A DNA stretch of 64,000 nt, taken from assembly GCA_000165425.1 (NCBI GenBank), contig CT868656.1, forward strand, positions 186,001 through 250,000, in the 5' to 3' direction. The first letter of the stretch is position 1. Every line of letters begins with the position of its first letter. This document shows positions 52,868 to 64,000 of this stretch, piece after piece. The notes under the pieces were generated by a model. That model had not been told where the DNA came from. It did not search any database and saw only the letters and a program-made list of their open reading frames with translations. Source of the stretch: Paramecium tetraurelia. Taxonomy: Eukaryota. The translations under genes were made by a program, and so were the position numbers.

Positions 52868-54015
52868 TCAAATCAATACGTAATAGCTGGCGATAATTGG
52901 AACTCCATGTAAAAGACTGAACCAAAAATAAATTAGTCCAATCCTTGTATTCTTAAGGAATCTCAAAACCATCATTACTGGCACTTGTAACAGCATTATG
53001 AATGTCATAAAAGGTGTAAACTATCGTAAAACTGCTATCAAAATTATCTCATGAAGCAAGGCGGAAAATGCAAAAGTCAGTATCTTTGACCATACACGAG
53101 ATACTTTCCATTCTTGCAATTACAAATATACATGAGTATGCAAAAAAGCATATACTACTGTATTCCATTTTGCATTGAATTCCTCAAAGGTTGTTGCATT
53201 CCACCTTAAACTTATAATATATAATACCAATCATGGTAGAATTCTCTATCACCAAAATAAGTTATTTCAGCCAATAAATTTAAAATGTTCTCAAATGTCA
53301 GGAAGAAAAGCAAGATCCAAAATATAGCCAAAGGGAATATTAACAATATTGTTTACAGCACATAATCTTAAGTTCCAATTATTGATGGTTCTATGTGCTT
53401 AGCTATTATTACTGCACCGAGGATATTAAAATAAACTATATTAAATAACTTCGCTAAACAATAAACTAATCTTATCTTCTTTGTTTTCGGGTAATCGTGA
53501 TAGAATACCAAAGCAGGAGTAATCATATAAACAAAGAATTCCCACAATCCAATTGGCTTTTTACAATGTTTGATGTATGAAACTTCCTTCATAAATCCAA
53601 TATTTGCCATTATACCTACGAAGGCTCCAGGTATAAAGCCCAATTTATAATTAATAGTAACCCACGGAAATATCATAAAGGGAAGTGATATAAATAATGC
53701 TACCAACAGTTTCTAACCAAATTTATGGGCAAAGTAAACTGTGTATGGATATGTGAATGACTTATTTAAATTATTATTATGTACATAAACAGCCCAGATT
53801 AACATTAAAATGCCCTCCTTACGTATTGCAGATACCGTTGATGAATTTGCTAATATAGTACCCAACTAATTAAAATAGATGAGATCAAATAGGTAATAGA
53901 TTCCCAACATATATACATAATAGTAGAATCCATGCAACTTCGATTTAGATAACACTGAGTTATCATCCATGTCATCCAACTAAGACACACGATGTATATA
54001 GGTGTAAGGTTTCAT
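52868..54015 (-). CDS. MBOAT acyltransferase, ACAT/DGAT1 family (copy 2, shorter)
   Basis: MKEVSY, PALVFYHDYP, AEITYFGDREFYHDWWNA, WNTVVYAFLHTHVY, FAFSALLHE. Confidence 0.92.
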
Positions 54016-54386
54016 AATGATATTAAATAAATTTCATAAATTCTTTTTCAATCCCAATCTAAGCATGTTTCAGAAAAGTTGTTTCAATATATTCACTTTT
54101 ATTGAGTGCTTCCTATCACACTCCTCAAAAATATCACAAAAGTGAGTATGTGAGTTTTCAATTATATTTTAAAAAACGGCAAGTGCAATTAAGAAATCAT
54201 TTAATTTGGCCAGGCTTATAATAAAATAAGCAAATTCAATTTATATTGTCTCCAAACTATTAGGTTAACCAAAATAGGGTCTTTTTAGAAAAGTTGTTTA
54301 GGGAATTTATACAAATCTATTAAAAAGAGATAATAGCTCTTTTTTTGTAACATTTATAGAAAATACAAATTATATTTATTAAATAG

Positions 54387-55404
54387 TCAATCTCCAGTTG
54401 TTTAGTAGAATATTAATTAATCTTGCTTTCTTAATTGAAGTTTGCATTCTCTATCACTTACGAGACCTACTTTCTTCAATTCCGTTACTACTTCCTATCC
54501 TTGTTGTACGACTTCAATAGGAATTCCTAGAAGGTCATTTTTGAACGATCCTAAGATGCTCATTGTGCTATAGCATACCTATTTCACATGCCTCATAAAC
54601 AAATTAATATGCAACAGTATCAACTCCAGCACATCTACAATTGATCAAACGCATATGTGGATGAATTTAATAATCACGCAATTATGGTCTCTATTTTGCA
54701 TAATCAATACCAACCCAATCAAAGAATTAACCTTAAATTGGACAAATGCGCTCTTTCGATTATTCAATCTAAGGCTCTTCAAATTCGATTGTGTCTGGAT
54801 CTATGAATCCCAATTTGTTATAAAAGTTTATGGCTATCTTCACACAATCCCCACTCAAAATTGGCTAGACATTCATTACTTGAGTGACACTTTCAAAATT
54901 ATGTTTAGTCTATTCTCTCGCAATCCAGATGACCCTCTTTGAATTCGAAGGTAAGACATCAAATTTATACTCACTTCTGTATTTATGATTATATTTGAAA
55001 GCAATTGTAATGCATTTTCCATGAAATCCTCCCATTACTTCCGATATAATGGTTCTATCCCATCTAAATAATTTCTTTTTCTTGGTACTATCCACAAAAA
55101 AACTTTACTATAAGAAATCACTGTTTTTAAATGAAAGTATGTGCAAATGAGCTTTTATAAATCTGTTATCCAAATCCTCAAGCCATTCCTTCAACGTCTA
55201 ATGAAATCCTACATACCATTGTCCTGAAACCAGAATTAAATTTGTAAAATCCGCAATCAAAAAAGCTAGAATAGTCCTTCTTACTCTATCCTAACCTTGT
55301 TTAATAAAAAGAAATTGAGTTAATTTATCAAAGGCTTCATTCTGCTGAAGGACCCTAGCCACCATCTTTGGAATCGTGGCCTTTTTACTTTCTTTTCGTT
55401 GCAT
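54387..55404 (-). CDS. hypothetical protein
   Basis: Long open frame [44 protein letters not shown] with one short intron. Confidence 0.75.
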
Positions 55405-55673
55405 TTTATATTAATTTATAAATCATTTCAAACCAATTTGATTATTCACAGCACATTTTACATTAATTTTATTCATGCTCCTCCCCCACATCTCATTTAA
55501 AACCATTCATAGAGTCTCTGAGACCGATTCTTGAGTTATTAAATTTTTAAACTTACAGTGTTTATACAACAATATTCAGTGAAATCCTGCTTGCAATTTT
55601 ATATATATCAAATACACTAAGAATATTATAAATATTAATTAAACATAAATACTCATATAATTAATTTATTAAT

Positions 55674-56846
55674 ATGTAAAAAACGATTTTAGCTTTGCTG
55701 ATTGTTATGTGTACAGCACTCCAAGTGCAAGAGCTACAATAAGCCAATAAATAATTCGATAAACTATCTTAAGACTCTCCTGTGGGAAAATTCTTAATGG
55801 ATTTGGCTTAAATTCATGCTGAAGTGCAAGGCCCTTTGGATGATTTAAAAGAGACTATTGAAAAATTTTATGAGAATTTGCAAGACAGCCTCTCTCAATT
55901 AGATGGTGAATTTCAATCCAAATAAGCAATCCATTTGAAGTAGTTTAAATAAATCAAATAGGGTTCTTTAAAATTATGAATCTAATTAATAAGATGCTTA
56001 AATCGACATTGCTTAATCACAAGATCAATTAGACAATGTATTGTCAAGAAACAAGGAAAATATTGAGAAGAGATTGAAATAGATCCAATAAAACATCAAT
56101 GACAATAGATCAAATATTCAAAGAGACAAATTATAAAGAAATCAGTAAAAAGATTAAAATGTTGAACACATCCACGAACATCAATAGGCAACTACATCAA
56201 TTGACGAGGCATTGTCTCTTGTGTAAGGTTTGAGTAGTGGAAACATTGCTTTTGTCGAAGCACCTATGAAAAAGACTTTAGATTATATTAAATAGAAAGT
56301 AAACTCAAAAGAGGAATATGCTCCACTAGTAGATGCTTTGATTAGTTTGTCTGGAACTTAAGATACAAAATAAATCAAAGATTTGTTGAATAAATTGAGA
56401 AATTAGATTGTCGATTCAATGATTCAATTGACAGGAGATGAAAATGATGCTTAGAAAATGTTTGAGGATCGTTAAAAGTAATTGGATTCGGAGTTCTCAG
56501 TAATTTCATTTAAAATATAATAGGAATTCTAAAATCAAGTGAATTAAGCAACCTATGATTTGGCATCTATTTCAGCCAGAATAGATTAAGAGAAGGAATT
56601 CACAAAGTAAAGAAAGAGTGATTTAGATATGTACAATAGCTAAATAGGTAATTTTAATTTAAAATTTAAGAAATGGAGAATAATAATTTTGCTGCAATTA
56701 CTGGATTATACAATGAAATTAGGGCTGTTAGATTAAAGGAATAAAAGATTGCTGAAGATGCTAAAAAGTATTAATTGTATTTTAATATTAGCTTCGCTTA
56801 TTCATCTTAATTTAGGGAATTGTTACAATCAAAATTGAACAAATGA
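55674..56846 (+). CDS. trichocyst matrix protein / granule lattice (TMP/Grl)-like secreted protein
   Basis: Signal peptide MQKTILALLIVMCTA; SPVGKFLMDLAQIHAEVQGPLDDL, IDEALSLV, YAPLVDALISL, LLNKLRNQI..DENDAQ; acidic coiled coil; several short introns. Confidence 0.85.
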
Positions 56847-56865
56847 CATTTATATATATAATAAA

Positions 56866-57747
56866 TCATATTAATGTTGGTTTTTGCTCAGAATTCGATT
56901 GCTAGGGGGATTGAATTAAATGAATCGATTTTGATGGGGTTCTAGTTAGGATTTGTTTCTTTGAAGATGTTGGAGTTTGTGGAGTTTCACAAATAACTTC
57001 ATCATATAATTTAGAGAGTTCTTCGAATTAAGATTTTAGATTCTATTGTTTGAGACGAATCTTTTCAACCAAATTAGGTGAATGAACTATCTAAGAGTTA
57101 TTATTTGACAGGCTAATTTATTTATGCAAAGTCTTAATTGATTCTGTTTGATCATCAACAATCTATTATAAATTGTAAGTTCTAATTTCATATTATTCTT
57201 TTAAATCTTTTAATTGCTTCTCCTTCTAATTAATCATCTTCTGCTATTCTTATGTATATGCTTCGAATTATGTTAATCTGGTTATAATTTTATCCTTTTC
57301 ATCCAATTAACAACTCAATTAATCAATTTCTCCTTTTTGATGGACTTGCAATCTCTAAATAGTTCCCTAGAGTTCCTCAATTTCTTTTTATTATTTAGCA
57401 TTTTACTGCTTAAGTATTTCAATTTCCTAATCTTTTTTTTAGCTTTCTTTGTTATCAGAAACAAAATGAGATTGCTGCAATTAAGAAAATAACGAGTGTT
57501 AACTCTCATTAACTTCTTCGATTTTAACAAGATTTGACTTTTCGAATTAACTCATAGAATAAGTAAGTTGACTATTCTGTACAGCTGATGTATTGTAGGA
57601 GACAGTCTCTTCATCAGGTATTACACTGTTGATCTTCTTCTATAATTGAGAATAAGTCATGAAGTCTCCTTTTTTTATTGGAGAAGTATCAGTTATTTTT
57701 GTTGGATGCTACTCATCTATTTCCTCTTCAGAATTAACTTCGCTCAT
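56866..57747 (-). CDS. hypothetical coiled-coil protein
   Basis: Open frame MSEVNSEEE..KDQEIEILKQ..KPTLI*. Confidence 0.75.
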
Positions 57748-57915
57748 TAATAAATTTTATTTTCTTATTTCATTTAGTTTAATTTCTTAAAACTGAATAC
57801 TATTAATAAACTATCATCAAAAAATACTTAAGCATTCTGAATATAGATATCTGTGTATATGTAGATTTACAAGCTCTTAATTATTTGCTGTTAATATAAA
57901 TTATAAAATTGATTA

Positions 57916-59299
57916 ATGTCGCAATTTGCCTAAAGTCAAAGTAAATAAAGATCAGTAACCAATGTAAATAATGTTTCGTTTGCTGGATCTTAAAATAATA
58001 ATGTAAGTAGGATTTGAAATAGGAGTAGCTTAGGTACAGCGAGTCTTCATTCTCTCCAATGAAAAATCAAGAGTAAACTAAACCGTAAACACAAAGAGTC
58101 TATAAAACATAGACAATGAATTCCATGCCTATGTAAGGAATCCCCACAATGACAGGGATCCCAAATACATTTGCTGTATAATAAAATTGTGTTGCAGCTC
58201 AACCATTGTGCATGAACATTATTGTGGTTTCAAAAGAAGAAATTGAGATGCCTTGGAGACTTGAATGCGAGTATTTACAATCCCTAATTACTGAGCTTCA
58301 AAATAAATAATAAGGCAAATCTGTATAAATTGTGGAGAAGACAATAACGGACAATTCCAGAGTGGAATTGTTAGAATCATAACTCAAAGAATTAAGAAGA
58401 TAAAATGAATCTTTATAGTATGAATTGCATTCATCAAAAACATATTATGAGAAAGAATTACAAAGAATAAATGGCACATTTGAACTTAGGAGTGCTTAAG
58501 TTGAGGATATTGCATAAAAAGAAAGCGAATTCTATCTCATCAGAATCAAATTGGAAGATCAAATATCCTAATTGGAAAGCAAAATCAAATAATCAGAATC
58601 GTAATTGAGAAGATCATCAGATGAAAATGTTAGATTACAATAAGTAATTAAGTAATTAAAATTATTAATCTAGTTCTCGAGAATCTGAAATCAATTCTCT
58701 TAGAATCTAAATCACCTCAATTCAATCTAACACTAATACTAGTGAACTAGTTAGAATAAGGGAACTAGAAACTTAAATTAGATACTTAAATTCCGAAATT
58801 GATAATATAAATTCAAAGCTCATTAATTCCAATAATGAAAATTAACAATTAAGAATCTAAATCTAAAATCTAGATTACACAACAGATTCGAAAAACAACG
58901 AATTGATACTTAAATTAAGGGAATATGAGAGCAGAGTCACAATGCTTACTTCAGAAATAGAGAGGCTTATCTATTCAATTAAATAAAAGGAAATAGAATT
59001 AGATGAATGGAAAACTAGATATTAATAATTAGAAATGTCTGGATCTTCTGTTTTCTAAGAAAAAGTAGAATATCTATCCTAAGAAGTAGAAGTTTGGAAA
59101 TCTAAATTCATCAGAGCAAATCACGAATATAACAGGTGTTAAGAGGAAATCACTATGTTGTAGGCAGAATTAGAATCATTGAGAAAACAAAGAAAAGTAT
59201 TATCAATTTAATCTTTAGTAAGAATTAACAATAACCTCAAGAGTAGTTACCAAATAAGCAGCAACTTCAAATAGTGGTTATAAACAATACTAATAGTGA
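57916..59299 (+). CDS. coiled-coil protein (probable cortical/cytoskeletal)
   Basis: IVVSKEEIEMPWRLECEYLQ, DNSRVELLE, RVTMLTSEIERL, VEVWKSKF; TGA 59297-59299. Confidence 0.8.
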
Positions 59300-59314
59300 A
59301 TATATTAATGATAT

Positions 59315-61975
59315 TCAATATTAAAAATCAGATTATTATTCATCTTATACTTAAACATCTGAAACATCTGGGTGTGGTGACTAATAGGGTCTATCATTTA
59401 TTCTTTCAAAGCATTTAGAAATCTTTGGGTTTGATAATGGTGAAGGATTCATTTAGTCTAATTCATCATAAACACTTCGTATAAAACTATTAAATACAAT
59501 TTTTATTTACTTCTTCAATCCATCTGAAGCACTCTAACCAGATTCTGCTACTAAATTTTCAATAAATTCAACAATGTTATTCAATACTTGATCATTCTCA
59601 GCCTTTAATGCTAATCTAATACAATTAGCAAATATTTTATCATGATTCTCAATCTGAACTTCGGCTTTAAATTATAAATCAAGCAATTGTTTTGCTAAAT
59701 CATTAGCATACAATAAAACAGTTGGGTCACTCAAACCCAAATAAACATATTCCTTAGTTACTTTAGCAATCTATTCACATGATTCCATATTTTATATCTT
59801 AAAATCTGTATTTTGGAAGCACCAATGAAGTAATTCAAAATGACCTAATGGCAAATTTAATAGTTTCTATGTGTTGAGCTATAAAATAGTGATAAATTTA
59901 TTACTAATTCAACCAAATGCAATAATATTTAAAATGAAACTTATTTCACATATTGTGAGTTGATATTCAATTTGAATTTAAAGCTTTTATCAGATGGAAT
60001 AAAGAAATCATATTCATCCTATTACTCTTGACTAAATAAAGCCCATTATCTTGATTCTTAAGATACTTCAAGAACAATCTTTACGAATAACTCTAATAAG
60101 ATTTTGCTATCTCCTAACAAATCCACAATGTGAATTAAGGATTGAGTCATAAGGATATCTGAATCTATAGGTAAGGATGCAATTTCTATTCCTTTAGAGA
60201 AATGATTGACTTGGGCTTTTAGATCAGAAATAATTCTATCATTTTCAATGGAAAAGAACTTCTATCCTTGTTATGGAGACTTAATCAAATTCTAGTAATT
60301 TGGTGTTTTAATAACTGCTCTAATCATTTCACTAAACAATATAACACAGAGACAACGATTTTGCCACCATCTGTTTTTGGCCAAAGCCATAACATGTCTA
60401 TCAATTTTCACTTAAGAGTTAGCTTTGGCTGCATTACACAAAATTGCTAATGCACTTGAACTCAAAGATGTTGAAGCGGATAGAAAATAGATATATCCAT
60501 ATCTTTTCATATCATTCCACAATTCTGATGATTCTTATTCAAATCCTGAAAAGACAGCCAAACATTGCATAAAATGTTCAACTGACAAATTCGATTTCAT
60601 TGTCTAAATAACCTAATATTTAAACTAAGGTTCTTAGAAGGAGCAAATCATTTATATAAGAAGCTATTTCTTTTCAAAAAAGACACTTTATTTAATTAGA
60701 TTACAGATTTCTGGTAAAAAGAATTCCAAAAATAAGGATCTTGTTTTTAATGCATCCTTTTATAATGATCTTGCTCCAAATTAATTGACCAAATCAATAC
60801 AAACATGAACTCTTTAAACTGGTAAATTTTAGATGCATTAAAAGGTAAATTTAAAAAATTTCCATACTTCATTTGTGTCTTTGAAGATGAAATTTATATA
60901 TGCTTCTTTTTATGTTATCAATTCTTAAAAAAACCCATTTACAAAATCTTCGGGATATATATCAATTAGATCAATGAAACTCTATAGAGCAGTACCATTC
61001 TATTTAAATTAAACTGTTTGTGCAAATTAAGGGAATTGCTGTCTTTGTGTTAATGCTTCATTTAAAATCTATATACATTTCTAAATTTCATACATCATAG
61101 ATGGATTTATCTAATTATTTCTCTCTTGTTGATGTTGCTTCTCGCTTGTTTTCATCCATTGGTGTTTTTTAAAATGAATCCTGTATTTATCTATCATTAT
61201 TTGAATTTAGCTTTTCCTATTATTTCTCTAATTGCTATTATTCCTCCTTCAACTTCAATAAACTGCCTTGAACAGGTCTGTAACTGATATTTTTGACTTC
61301 AATTTGATAGTTTAGATTTTCCAAATTTTAACTTATCGGTTTGCTTGGAACCCTCATGAAATTAGTTCTTTTAGATGAAACCGACAATGGTGCATGCTTT
61401 TCAGAAAGCTATTCTTTTTAGAACTAATCTTCTTGTTTCTACTCTTCTTGCAATTTCTCTATTCCTTTTTCTTTTAAAAGAAAAGTCTAAGTATTTTGAG
61501 TAGAAGTGGCAAATTCCTTTGAATTCACATAAGATGCCAAAGGAGGATTGATAACCCTTGGTAGTATGAATTAAATACTTTCTTTGTGTTAAGAAACTAT
61601 AAATGCTGACAAGAAAATTGTAAAGTGCACTCCAATCATTATCCAAAATTTCAGCAAATCCTTTATGATTAGGAATCACTATGTCATTCTTTTTAAAAAA
61701 GAGCTCTAATTGTTAATAATTGTTCGATCTTCTTTCATCCTTTTATGAGTTATCAAATGAGTGCATTTATACTCTCCCAGGATAATACCGTGAGAATATT
61801 TCAGCAATCAAAAAACCATTGCTCAAGTCTCTAAATAAGTTATAAACATTATAGTATACCTTTTAGGATCCTTTACGGAATAACTTAGATCAAGGCCTTG
61901 AATCCATTTGATGATCTCTCTTGGTAATGCCTTTCCTACAGGTTGAAATGTTTGAGTATTTGTATTAGAACTCAT
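59315..61975 (-). CDS. SPATA4/Spef1-type CH-domain protein with helical-repeat C-terminus
   Basis: [52 protein letters not shown] (CH_2-type microtubule-binding domain), then a long helical region. Confidence 0.85.
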
Positions 61976-62269
61976 AAATTTTATTAATATATTATTATAT
62001 AAATAGATTTGGATATAGAAGCTAAAGCCACTATATTGTTTATGGCACTTAATCATCTGATAAATAATCACATATAGTTTCAAAGATTATATCAAAGATA
62101 GTATTTTTTGAAGAAACAATAATTTTTGTTTATACCAAACTTTAAAGGATTTCGGAGTATACTTTATATTTTTCCTTGAATTAACACAAAATAAAGTAAC
62201 TTCCTAAATGAATTATTTAATATCTTTGAAAATATCATTAATTGAATACAAATATGTTATTAAAAAATT

Positions 62270-64000
62270 TCACTTAATATAAAAGTAAACATTCATAGTT
62301 TGTACTATTTAATCACTCTTTGAATGGTTTATTTAGATATGGGTTTAACTATAAATTCTTGGATTCCTAATTTTTTACTTTACTCTTTTAGTTTATTTTC
62401 ATCATATGCAGAAGTGATAAATATTTTCATCTATTGATTCGAATTTAAAATTTGAGTTGAAATTTGCATACCATTTAATCCTGGCATTTCCATATCCATA
62501 AAGATGGCTGTATAACCTTAACAAGATTCTGAACATTTTTTGGATTTAATAATTTCTAGTGCATCAGCGCCATTAAAAGCTTTGTCAATTTAGGCATTAG
62601 TGCTATTGTGGATATAGATGATTTTATTACTATTATTTTATTTGCATTTCCAATATTTCTTAATTAAATACATTGTCATCAACTATCAAAATATGTTTAC
62701 ATCCTATTATGTTTTCTTAAATTAAATCGTGTACTATAATTGATTCCTAGAAACTCTAATTATCGCTACTGATAACTATTTAATATTATTGTTTTTCTTC
62801 AGATCTTTTGCTATTGAGTTGAATTTCATTCAAGTCTGGAGAATAATCATCCTCCAAATTAATTTGTTCTGGCTTAACTATAAAACACTTATGATGTAGT
62901 TATTGAATTTTTAAAGTTAAATAAAAGTAAGAACCGTGTTTTGCTTATGAAGTATCTTGAGAAACAACCTTCAATCCAGAGTTATCATATGACAATTATT
63001 AGGCTAGCTTATTACTAATCAGCAACCCCAATCCAACTCCCTACTCATTTAAATTTTCAGAAAGTCCTTCCTTAATCTTACCAAATGCTTTAAAAAGCTT
63101 AGATAAATTATGCTAGGATATTCCAACACCAGTATCTTCTACTCCAGCATTCACTAACAATCCTTACTGTACAAACTTGATTGATATAGCTCCTTTTTAA
63201 GTAAATTTGATAGCATTAGCAATAAGATTCACTAAGATTTGTTTAAGTCTATTTCTGTCTGTACTGATTAGTAAACATTTCACATTCGAAATAACTGTTA
63301 GCTTAATATTTTTCAGCTCAGCTTAAAGTTTAAACATCTACAGACACTCCTCTCCTAATTCAGTTAGATTAAAGGTCTTTTAGACTAAACTGAATTGATC
63401 TGCTTTTATTTATGCTAAATCAAGTAAATCATTAGCTAAATTTAACATATAGTAACAATTCTCCAAAACAATAGAAATATTCTAACAGATATAATCAAAG
63501 CTGTTTAGTTATTCTTTCAGTCTGCTTAATATATTGATAACTACATTTAATGGAGATCTAAACTCATGGCTAACGAAGGATAAAGTCTTGGATTTAGATT
63601 AATTTATTTGAAGGAGATCTTTAATGTTCTTTCTGTGGATAACATCTCTTGCAATTATGAACAGCAAATCTTCACTGCCTATCGAGATACTTATTTCTAT
63701 TGATCTTTTTTAATTTTCAATTTCAAAGCTTGTCTCAACAACAAGTATATTCATATTATCAGCAGTTTCTCTTCTAAATCTTTTTGTGCCATATACGTAT
63801 AACAGACATTTATATACAGTGTTAAGCTAAATCATTTAGGTAATAATACTTAACTAGTCAATGATCTAAATCTTGGAGATTGACTTTATTCAGTGTTTCT
63901 TAAAGTCATCTGTTAATCTTAGCAAAAATGTTTAAAAAAATTCAACTTAGATGATTTAAAATATTTAATTGATTGTTAATTAAGACTTTACAGTGAAAAT
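62270..64000 (-). CDS. hybrid histidine kinase (paralog of 28458-31327), 5'-truncated by the window
   Basis: SFVSHEFRSPLN, RLKQILVNLIANAIKFT, VEDTGVGI, GVGLGLLIS, ILIVDDNVFN, IFMDMEMPGLNG, FIVKPI. Confidence 0.93.

Noticed and set aside
54040..54353. Short minus-strand ORF upstream of MBOAT copy 2
   Set aside because: About 87 codons with no motif; such lengths arise by chance with a single stop codon.

Overview
AT-rich, very gene-dense eukaryotic DNA from a ciliate macronuclear genome, most likely Paramecium. TAA/TAG read as Gln and TGA is the only stop. GT..AG introns are about 20-29 nt, intergenic gaps are often under 60 nt, and a trichocyst-matrix-like gene is present. The supplied ORF track uses the wrong code and fragments every gene, so I re-translated by eye with code 6; exon boundaries and some starts are approximate. 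About 32 genes are visible. Most are ordinary: P5B ATPase, DNAI1, DHHC, two hybrid histidine kinases, CAMK-like kinase, Hook, TMEM138, TRIM37, Arf, IQCH, NDUFAF7, two MBOATs, TMP and a CH protein. Three things stand out. (1) A giant VLIG/GVIN-type GTPase with Cys/His repeats and a C-terminal VWA domain, in which a ~590-aa coiled coil appears inserted inside one Cys/His repeat; it sits directly upstream of a KH-like/RING gene and near a broken PARP-like gene, a possible defence island. (2) An intact Na/K-type P-ATPase gene that has lost its key catalytic motifs (pseudo-pump). (3) Smaller oddities: overlapping and near-touching genes, a cupin-tailed protein, and an acylated pseudokinase-MORN protein. 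I recognised no RNA genes, CRISPR arrays or transposons. Two N gaps are present. Family calls come from recalled motifs, not database searches.
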